48,437 nucleotides of DNA, taken from positions 1-48,437 of the forward strand of contig JAFGKV010000144.1 in assembly GCA_016928395.1 (NCBI GenBank), read 5' to 3'. The position numbers were made by a program, and so were the translations under genes. This DNA comes from Candidatus Fermentibacterota bacterium (GTDB lineage: Bacteria; JAFGKV01). The notes beneath the pieces are model-generated. The model was not told where the DNA came from and searched no databases. It saw only the letters and a list, made by a program, of their open reading frames with translations. Below, in pieces: positions 1 through 7,857 of this stretch. Every line of letters starts with the position of its first letter. The first letter of the stretch is position 1.

Positions 1-15
1 CATCCGGCATCATGC

Positions 16-53
16 GCCCTCACCCCGCACCCGCGGATGCGGGGGATGAGGGT
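16..53. repeat. GC-rich hairpin (CCCTCA-CCCCGCA...TGCGGGG-GA-TGAGGG); member of a small hairpin family also at 10681-10701 and 47366-47387
   Basis: Imperfect inverted repeat read directly; lies downstream of the minus-strand gene ending at 223. Confidence 0.5.
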
Positions 54-222
54 GATGGGTGCCGCGTGGAGTGAAGTTACAGCTTAGCGGGGGCCCCGGG
101 CTCGCCCGGACGATACGTGGTGCAACTTCCGGTGCCGCGGCGGGAGGTTGCAGCGTGGGCGGCAGTTGGCACTAGACAGTCCGGGCTGATCGTCGAACCT
201 TCCAACCCTGACTCCTGTGCAG

Positions 223-1329
223 CTACAGATCCGGGAACCACTCCGCCAGGATTCGTGGCCGCGGTCCCATGGCCTTCCACGGTGAGAAGACCCCTGGCCT
301 GGTGGCGCCGATCCAGGAAGGCAAGAACGGGCCTGGCAGCCCAAACCACTCCTTTGACATGATTGGTTGCGGATAGCCGAAATCCCTTAGATCGTCGAGA
401 CCGATGTCGGGTAAGAAGAGCGGCATCGCAAGGGTGAGTTTGGGGAAGTATGCGCATGCCCCGAAGCGGGGGGTGAGGGGCGGTCTGGTTCCCTGGATCA
501 CGTTCCGCCACACCGCCAGCGCACCCAAAGCATGCACACCATACTTCTGCACATACATGCCCCGAAGATCATGAATCACATCGATGTCCAAGGAATCCCC
601 GCGATCCTCGACGCGCACTGTAGTCGCCCGGCCGCACACTCGCGATTCGAAGAGCAGGTCTATCGTGTCGCCATCGTCCAAGGGAAACTCCCTCAGCAGC
701 ACGGGAACGCGCCCCCTCCCGGGAATCTTGATGGCCCGTCGAATCATTCGAAGGCCTCCGTGGCTGGGCTCCACGTGCTCGTCGTGACGAGGCGGCATAT
801 CGTAGTGAAGACAGAGCACGCCCCGGCCGATGAATCCCCCTTGGACGAACCTCAGCGGATACACTGCGGCATTGGGGTAGCGGTCACGGAAGGGTGCCAG
901 GGCGTCGTCACCGCTCAAGGCGAAACCTTGAGCATCACGCGTCATGTCCACCACTAGTCTGAAGCCGTCCCAGGTTCGCAGTTGCACGAAGACCCGGGCC
1001 CGCTCCTCCGCATCCTTCACCCCGTCAGCGGGTCCTGCAAAGTGATGCGCATCGGCCGTGAGAACGATTGCGGCATTGTGCGCCGCGTACGCCGCTCCCA
1101 ATGATTCGATGCTGGCCGCCCGCAGTTGCCGGGCTCCTGCGGAAGAGGCCACATCGCAGGCTGCGCAGGGGTCTTCGGCCGGGTTGCCTCGCGGCAGGGA
1201 CGGGCCGGCAGCCGCATGGTAACCGACGAGAATGCATAGCGACCCAAGCAGATGAAACACAGGGCTTTTCACGACGAACCCCAAGCCCGCAAGAATCCTC
1301 ATGGGATGCCCGCGACGCAGATAGACCAT
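223..1329 (-). CDS. Hypothetical protein, probably exported
   Basis: 368-aa ORF, longest in the region; hydrophobic N-terminal stretch ending YHAAA; no family recognised; start could be 1302 or later. Confidence 0.65.
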   Translation of the reverse strand: MVYLRRGHPMRILAGLGFVVKSPVFHLLGSLCILVGYHAAAGPSLPRGNPAEDPCAACDVASSAGARQLRAASIESLGAAYAAHNAAIVLTADAHHFAGPADGVKDAEERARVFVQLRTWDGFRLVVDMTRDAQGFALSGDDALAPFRDRYPNAAVYPLRFVQGGFIGRGVLCLHYDMPPRHDEHVEPSHGGLRMIRRAIKIPGRGRVPVLLREFPLDDGDTIDLLFESRVCGRATTVRVEDRGDSLDIDVIHDLRGMYVQKYGVHALGALAVWRNVIQGTRPPLTPRFGACAYFPKLTLAMPLFLPDIGLDDLRDFGYPQPIMSKEWFGLPGPFLPSWIGATRPGVFSPWKAMGPRPRILAEWFPDL

Positions 1330-1798
1330 GGTTGACGGGAGACTGTTGGCAATGATCCCGCTCCTCGAACCCCCCCTCCAGACTTCCTCCCGTGACGCCG
1401 AGTTCTGAGCACACAGGGTCAGTCATCAGTTGCACGCTCCCCGATCGAGACGCTACCGACTCCTCCCACCCGTTCACCCATCCTCCCGCCATTCTATGCC
1501 CCGCACGCGTTCGTGCGAAGTGAAGCCTGCTTCCCGTTTGGTGAAACGACTGTCACCGAAACGGATCCTCACGGGGGATCGGAGGAAGGGGAAGAGGTGT
1601 TTCAAGAGGAGATGAAGCACGTAACAACCTTGTGCGACAACGGTGCCTGCGCAAGTCAAAGAGGCCGGCACGCATGTCGTGGAGTCCCTGGTCTGTGGCA
1701 TGCGTATTGCTTGACGATGCTGCAGCGCCGGCCAACTTCATCCCGGTACTCGATGAACCAGCCACCCGCCTGACCGCAGGCAGTTCGGAGGAATCCTC

Positions 1799-3178
1799 GT
1801 GACGCGATGTTTGGTTTCTGGATTACTCATCACCGCCATCGTGGCCGCCGCGCTCCTCGTGCCGGGAGATGGCAATGCCGGCCCGGGCAAGGGAGCTCTC
1901 ACCATCGTCTACACGGGAGACGTAGTCGGCACCATAGAACCCTGTGGGTGAGGCGGCGCCCAACAGGGCGGGCTGGCCCGGCGGGCCACCATACTCAGCA
2001 GATTCAGGGATGAGGGCGAGTATCTCCTTGTGGATTCAGGCGATTTCTCGGGGAAGAACAATGTGCAGGGCCGCTTTCAGGCGGAAGCGGTATTGGAGTC
2101 CATGGCCAGGGCCGGGTACCACGCCGCTGCCCTGGGCGAACGTGAGCTTGGCCTGGGCAGAGCATTCGTTGATTCCATCATCGAGGCCATGCCGTTCCCG
2201 CTGCTGGCAGCCAATCTGGTCGATCCCGTCACGGGCGCACGATTAACCAAGACCTATGAGATCGTCGATGTCGGCACGGTGCGGGTCGGCATTCTCGGCC
2301 TGGTCATGAAGACCGCACCGGGAAACGTTGACACCGCAGTCTTCAGGATCGAAGACCCCATGCAGTGGGCACAACAACTGGTACCGGAGATAGCGGCCAA
2401 GAGCGACGTCGTGGTGGTGCTCGCCCACTTAGGCTGGGGAGGGGCGTTCTCCCTGGCGCAACAGGTCCCCGGAATCGATGTCATCGTGTCCGGCCATGGG
2501 TCGTATGCCACGGAACAGCCTCAACGGGTAGGTGAGACTGTGCTCGTCCAGGCGGGGGATCAGGGCAAGCGGGTCGGGCGCCTGAGCATCACGGGCGAGA
2601 TAAAGAAGGGGAAATTCTCGGGAACACTGACTACTCTGGGCAGAGATGTACCCGATGATCCTGACATCAAAAATCTCGTTTCGCACTACAGCATTCGGGT
2701 CAGGGAGTACTACTCCAGCCTCAACCACGGTGCCCGTACATCCCCTGCACCCACGCAGGTCAGCCAGCGTTACGGCGGTGCACAGCAATGCCGCGCATGC
2801 CACGCCCCGGTGTATGAGCGATGGCTGGAGACCGGGCATTCCCATGCCATGGCAACGCTGGAGCACAGAGGCAAGCACTTCGACCCCGAGTGCGTCCGGT
2901 GCCATAGCACAGGCTACGGAAAGCCGACCGGTTTCATCAGCATGAAGGTGAACCCTGATCTCGCCAATGTCCAATGTGAGCAATGTCACGGCCAAGGCAG
3001 CCTGCATATCATGTACCGTACCAAGGGCGATGCGTCCCTGGAGGGGTTGAATCCCGTTATGGCAGAGAGGGCACGGAAGTTCCCGGTGGTTGGGCCAACG
3101 GTGTGCCTCCAGTGCCACACTCCCGATCGGGACCCCGATTTCACCTACCGGGAGGGAGACCTCACCGGTATCCACTAG
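1799..3178 (+). CDS. UshA/5'-nucleotidase-like (seleno)protein fused to a tetraheme cytochrome c domain; in-frame TGA 1949-1951 read as Sec (codon 51)
   Basis: RBS GGAGGA 1787-1792 and GTG 1799 in frame with the 2030..3178 ORF; MTRCLVSGLLITAIVAAALLV signal peptide, LTIVYTGDVVGTIEPCG-[TGA]-GGAQQGGLARRAT, VDSGD, LAH and SGH metallophosphoesterase-like motifs; CRACH, CVRCH, CEQCH, CLQCH heme motifs. Confidence 0.85.
1952..1990 (+). promoter_or_regulatory. Candidate bacterial SECIS element
   Basis: Hairpin TGGCCC-GGC-GGGCCA (1974-1988) with a G-starting loop 28 nt after the UGA; a second hairpin CGCCC-AACA-GGGCG at 1957-1970. Confidence 0.55.
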
Positions 3179-3475
3179 GCTCTCTGCGGATGCAGTCGCT
3201 CAGGTGACAGGGTTCTCCAGAGACATCGATGACAGAAAGGTGGCCTCGCCGAAGACTGGAAGCACCTAATGCGAGTCGGCAGCCCGGGCGCAAGGTGCCG
3301 CACTCTGAGGTCCGAAGCGGATGGCTCTGTCTAGACGGGGATGTGGACGTGGGCAAGACTGAACTTCCCGAACCCCGAACCCTTGCTCGTACCCGGGTAT
3401 ACGGTCCAAGGTCAGTCACCACAGAGATTGCTAGACCATTGACTATCGAACGCCGGTCGAGAAGAGGGGGCCGCC

Positions 3476-4864
3476 ATGCACCACCCAGATAGGACCCGCG
3501 GCATACCCCGTGCGGTGGCCTTGCACTATTCCGTTGCGCCGGCCGTGCCCGCGTCTGCCGAGGATGGTGTGGTGGAAGTGGTAGCTGCAGAGGCGCTTGT
3601 GCCTGCATCCGTAGCGGAGATCGAACAACTGACAGGTGTTCGGATTCGCGTGTCGGGCGTTTCCCGAGAGGGCTACCAGGCGAGGCTTGCGCAGGTCTAC
3701 GGCATCGGGGCTGCCGCCATTGAGGAAGACCGAGCGTCTCCTCCCCCAGGAGAGGCCATCCTGCCTCCCGAGGCAGGCGTCGTTCGCTTTGTTGACGAGA
3801 TTATCGCTGAGGCCGTGCGGCGAGGGGCCACCGATCTGCACCTTGAACCCTCCGTCGATGGCCTGCGTATCCGCCTCCGCGTCGACGGGTTGCTACAGGC
3901 CGTGCAGGCACCCCACGATCTGACCGCTCACGACCGGCGTATCGTAGCCCGAATCAAGGTCATGGCCGGCCTTGACTCGACTCCCTCGACAACGCCCCGG
4001 GACGGCGCGATCCGCCGAGACGGGCGAGACCTCAGGATTTCCGTACTGCCGACTGCGGCAGGCGAGGCCGTGCATGTGCGCATTCTGCCGCAGTGGGGCG
4101 ACTTCCCTACTGTGGAAGAACTGGGCGTTTCCCCTGACAGGGGCCGCATGTTGCGGAACCTCATGCGGATGCGCAGCGGGCTTGTGGTGGCGTGTGGACC
4201 AACAGGCTCGGGAAAGAGCACGACGCTCCACGTTCTGCTCCGCACTGGCGTTCCGTCTACGGAGAAGGTCATCACTGTGGAAGATCCGGTGGAGTTTCGA
4301 ATTCCGGAAGCGGTGCAGGTCGAGGTGAGCCCCGTGCTCACCTTCGCTGACGCCCTTCGGGCGGTTCTGCGCCATGATCCCGATGTGATACTGGTGGGTG
4401 AGATGCGCGACGCGGAGAGCGCACGGATCGCCCTGCAGGCTTCCCTCACGGGCCACCTCGTGCTCACCAGCCTTCATACCGACGATGAGGCGCAAGCCAT
4501 CACCCGCCTCTTGACGCTGGGCATGGATCGTCCCCTGCTGGCGGCCGCGCTGAGAGCGCTGATCTCTCAGCGGCTGGTCCGCAGAGGGTGCAGGGCATGC
4601 CAGGGAACCGGCTTCTCGCACAGCAGTCAGTGCGAAGTCTGCCGGGGCAGTGGTTACCGGGGACGGGTTGGACTGTTTCGCGTCACCATGGTCCGCGCTC
4701 TGGTTCGCCAGATGATCGAGGGCGGATCCCCAGAAGAGGAGATTCGGGAGCACATGGACAGCGCTGGTGAGCCATCGCTGCACGCACAGGCCCGGCGGAT
4801 GGCTGATGAAGGCATGACCACAGAGGCCGAGATCGCGCGGGTCATGGGATTGTCGATGCCATGA
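3476..4864 (+). CDS. gspE: GspE/PulE family type II secretion/pilus assembly ATPase
   Basis: ATDLHLEP, RLRVDGLL, Walker A GPTGSGKSTT, TVEDPVE, LRHDPDVILVGEMRD, TGHLVLTSLH, Zn-site CRAC...CEVC. Confidence 0.93.
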   Translation: MHHPDRTRGIPRAVALHYSVAPAVPASAEDGVVEVVAAEALVPASVAEIEQLTGVRIRVSGVSREGYQARLAQVYGIGAAAIEEDRASPPPGEAILPPEAGVVRFVDEIIAEAVRRGATDLHLEPSVDGLRIRLRVDGLLQAVQAPHDLTAHDRRIVARIKVMAGLDSTPSTTPRDGAIRRDGRDLRISVLPTAAGEAVHVRILPQWGDFPTVEELGVSPDRGRMLRNLMRMRSGLVVACGPTGSGKSTTLHVLLRTGVPSTEKVITVEDPVEFRIPEAVQVEVSPVLTFADALRAVLRHDPDVILVGEMRDAESARIALQASLTGHLVLTSLHTDDEAQAITRLLTLGMDRPLLAAALRALISQRLVRRGCRACQGTGFSHSSQCEVCRGSGYRGRVGLFRVTMVRALVRQMIEGGSPEEEIREHMDSAGEPSLHAQARRMADEGMTTEAEIARVMGLSMP

Positions 4865-5859
4865 ACCCAGACGCTCAGGCTGACTACTGCGCGGATTTGG
4901 CGCTGCTCTTGCAGCACGGAACCCCCATGGCCGAGGCGTGCGACCTCCTGGCCGGGGAGGCAGGTGTGGGGTCGATCGAGATGCAGATCGCATCCGGCGT
5001 GAAGAGCGGCGAATCACTCCGCCACGCCCTGGAGGCTACCCGTGTGCCCTCCTGGGCGCTGGCTGCAGTCGAGGCCACGGAGACCACGGGAAGGCCCGCC
5101 GATGGTCTCGACCTGGCCTCCCGGGTGCTCCGGGAGCATCGGGTCTGGCGCGACCGGATGATCCGAGTGACCACCTATCCGCTACTAGTGCTGGGTTCGT
5201 CGCTGCTGCTGGGCCTCATTCTGTTCCGCAGCATCCTCCCCACCATCTCTGTCTTGGCCGAGGAGTTGGGGGCAGATCTCCCGTTGGCCACGCGCACGGC
5301 GTTGGTTCTTGGCCACGCAGCGATGTCTCCGGTAGCCTGGGTGATTGCCCTCGTCGCGCTTGGTGGCACCTTGGCCCTGGCATCAGACCAGGGCCGGCTG
5401 CGTGCCGCGGCATCGAGGCTGCCCGTCATGGCAGAGGTCATCCGTATGGACGAATCCCGGCGGTACTTCGGCGTCCTCGGCGCACTACTGGCAGCCTCGG
5501 TGCCCTTGGATCGAGCCATGGAAAGGACGGCGCACTTGGTCGTCAACGCCTCGTGGCACGCGGAAGTACTCGAGCTGGCGCGCAGGGTGCGAGCGGGTGA
5601 CTCGCCGGCTGCAGCGGCCCGAGATGTGCGGTGGTTCCCCACACGGGTGGCCAGGGTCCTGGCGGTAGCCGAGACCGCCGGCACACTGCATCAAGCGTGC
5701 AGCTCATTGGCCGATTATGCCGAGCGTGTCCTGACCAGGCGGCTCGATGGGCTGGCCCGATGGGTGCCGCTGATTCTACTGGCCGCAGCGGCCGCGTTCA
5801 TCGCATTCCTCGCGCAGGCCTTACTCATGCCTGCCTTCCAGATCGACATAGCTCTGTGA
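4861..5859 (+). CDS. gspF: Type II secretion system F family inner-membrane protein
   Basis: ATGA overlap with gspE; GESLRHAL, TYPLLVL, LGADLPLATR, AETAGTL and C-terminal TM; position between gspE and gspG. Confidence 0.85.
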   Translation: MNPDAQADYCADLALLLQHGTPMAEACDLLAGEAGVGSIEMQIASGVKSGESLRHALEATRVPSWALAAVEATETTGRPADGLDLASRVLREHRVWRDRMIRVTTYPLLVLGSSLLLGLILFRSILPTISVLAEELGADLPLATRTALVLGHAAMSPVAWVIALVALGGTLALASDQGRLRAAASRLPVMAEVIRMDESRRYFGVLGALLAASVPLDRAMERTAHLVVNASWHAEVLELARRVRAGDSPAAAARDVRWFPTRVARVLAVAETAGTLHQACSSLADYAERVLTRRLDGLARWVPLILLAAAAAFIAFLAQALLMPAFQIDIAL

Positions 5860-5867
5860 GGTACATC

Positions 5868-6293
5868 ATGCGACGGTCTCGTTCTGGCTTTACTCTACTC
5901 GAGCTGATGCTCGTTCTGGCGATTCTCGCTGCGTTGGCCTATATGGCAGTGCCTCGCTTCGCCGGTCGTGCTCGCCGGGCCAAAGTGGCCACGGCCGGTA
6001 CCGACATCCGGCTTAATCTTCCCGCAGCTCTGGATATGTACGAATTGGACAGTGGGATATACCCCACGACGCAACAGGGTCTGGCAGCCCTCATCGAGAA
6101 GCCGGTCACCGAACCAGCGCCTGCAGGCTGGGATGGCCCCTACCTCAGGCGGCCCGTGCTTCCTCGCGATCCGTGGGGCAATCCCTATGTCTACCGCCAC
6201 CCTCCTACCAGGCCGGGTCTGGACTACGAGATCCTTTCCGCCGGCCCCGACGGCATCGAAGGCACGGCCGACGACATCACGAACTGGGAGTGA
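5868..6293 (+). CDS. gspG: Type II secretion major pseudopilin GspG
   Basis: RBS GAGG then ATG 5868; prepilin motif SG|FTLLELMLVLAIL; ALDMYELDSGIYPTTQQGLAAL, WDGPYL, DPWGNPYVY, SAGPDGIEGTADDITNW. Confidence 0.95.
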   Translation: MRRSRSGFTLLELMLVLAILAALAYMAVPRFAGRARRAKVATAGTDIRLNLPAALDMYELDSGIYPTTQQGLAALIEKPVTEPAPAGWDGPYLRRPVLPRDPWGNPYVYRHPPTRPGLDYEILSAGPDGIEGTADDITNWE

Positions 6294-7725
6294 GCCCAGG
6301 ACTCTGCGGCATCTCCACGACCATGATGCGCTGCTCGGTCATCTCACGGATGGCCGAGGCGACCCCCTCCCGGCCTAAGCCCGAATCCTTCACACCCCCG
6401 TACGGCATACTGTCAACCCTGAACATCGAGGAATCGTTCACGATGACGCCGCCGACGTGCAAGGCATCGAAGGCCGCCAGAGCACTATCGAGCCTTCCGG
6501 TAAAAATTCCCGCCTGGAGCCCGAACCGTGAGCCGTTCACCGCATCGAGGGCCTCGCCCAGGCTGCTGTAGGGCTGCACCACTGTGAGCGGTGCAAACGC
6601 CTCCTCAGCCACAACCCGGCACGACTCCGGCACATCAGCCAAGACTGTCGCTTCCACCAGCCTGCCCCGACGTTTCCCACCCATCAATAGCCTTCCCCCC
6701 GCGTCCACCGCCTCACGAACCCATTGCTCGATCCGCGATGCGGCCGCATCGTTGATCACCGGACCGATGTCGGTGGCAGGATCCATGGGATCGCCCAGCT
6801 TGAGGGCATTCACCTCGGGCAGATAGTGTTCGTGGAATGCATCCCACGCGCTGCGGTGCACAAAGACACGCTGCACCGAGATGCACACCTGCCCGGCATA
6901 TGCGTAGCCTCCCACCGCAATCCTCTTCGCCGCACGGGCAAGATCCGCATCTGGTTCAACGATTACCGCCGCGTTTCCCCCCAGTTCGAGGCATACGCGT
7001 TTCTTACCGCAGGCGCCCTTGACACCCCAACCCACCTCGGCGCTTCCCGTGAAGGTGACCATGGCGATCCGTTCATCGGCAACCAGGACCCCGGCGTCAG
7101 CGGCGCTGCACGGCACCACATTGCACGCTCCCGGAGGCAGTCCCGCCTCGCTGAGGATCTGGGCCAGACGCAGGGCGGATATCGGCGTCGCCGAGGCCGG
7201 CTTCACCACGATGGCATTGCCGGCGGCCAGGGCAGGCGCCACCTTGTGGGCTACCAGGTTCAAGGGGAAGTTGAACGGTGTGATCCCCGCGATGGCGCCG
7301 ATGGGCATCCGCCGGGTAATGCCGAGACGACGCGTGCCGTTGGGGCTCACATCCAACGGCAAGGCTTCACCCGCCAAGGCTGATACCTCCCCGGCCGCGA
7401 GGGAAAAGGTCACCGCCGCGCGGCGTACCTCGGCCCTGGCATGCCGGATGGGCTTGCCCGCTTCGCCCGCGATGATCTCCGCCAGCTCGTCTGCGCGCTC
7501 CGAGAGCAGGCCGGAAGTACGCCGGAGGATCTCCTGGCGCCGGTAGAGCGCCGTGTCCCGCATGATGCGCGCTCCGAGAATCGTTGCCTCGATGGCACGC
7601 TCCACCAAGGCGCCATCGCCCCAACTCACCTCGGCCACGAGCCCGTCATCATAGGGGCTGCGTATGCCTCGCGTGAGCGTGCCCTCGATAGGGCATCCGT
7701 CGACGAAAGGAAAGAATCTCTTCAC
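6277..7725 (-). CDS. Aldehyde dehydrogenase family protein
   Basis: ITPFNFPLNL, KPAS, FTGS, LELGGNAA, GQVCIS (catalytic Cys), EEAFAP, PYGGVKDSGLGREG; GTG 7725 with GGAGGT RBS; overlaps the gspG 3' end by 17 bp. Confidence 0.95.
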   Translation of the reverse strand: MKRFFPFVDGCPIEGTLTRGIRSPYDDGLVAEVSWGDGALVERAIEATILGARIMRDTALYRRQEILRRTSGLLSERADELAEIIAGEAGKPIRHARAEVRRAAVTFSLAAGEVSALAGEALPLDVSPNGTRRLGITRRMPIGAIAGITPFNFPLNLVAHKVAPALAAGNAIVVKPASATPISALRLAQILSEAGLPPGACNVVPCSAADAGVLVADERIAMVTFTGSAEVGWGVKGACGKKRVCLELGGNAAVIVEPDADLARAAKRIAVGGYAYAGQVCISVQRVFVHRSAWDAFHEHYLPEVNALKLGDPMDPATDIGPVINDAAASRIEQWVREAVDAGGRLLMGGKRRGRLVEATVLADVPESCRVVAEEAFAPLTVVQPYSSLGEALDAVNGSRFGLQAGIFTGRLDSALAAFDALHVGGVIVNDSSMFRVDSMPYGGVKDSGLGREGVASAIREMTEQRIMVVEMPQSPGLTPSS

Positions 7726-7857
7726 GGCGCACCTCCATATCCTCGCATGCATGGCGCTCTCCCGTGAAAACGGGCCGACACGCGTCCGCGGTTTCCTCGC
7801 AGGGGCTCTTCTGCTTTCTTGCCTCGTACAACTCGTACCCGATGGAAAGAGATGTCA

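Noticed and set aside
1949-1951. TGA as genome-wide Trp/Gly reassignment or as a pseudogene nonsense mutation
   Set aside because: TGA ends many genes here at natural C-termini and in ATGA/GTGA overlaps (4861, 34303, 41980, 43730, 44281, 45977), so it is a normal stop. The CxU context and intact flanks favour Sec over decay, though decay is not formally excluded.
1807-2246. ORFs 1807..2013 and 1944..2246, and a start at 2030
   Set aside because: Off-frame shadows of the read-through gene; the 2030 start gives no signal peptide and truncates the domain
3270-3335. c-di-GMP-I riboswitch upstream of gspE
   Set aside because: Only GGGCGCAAG resembles the motif; no GGCAAA/GAAA-tetraloop arm or P1 pairing
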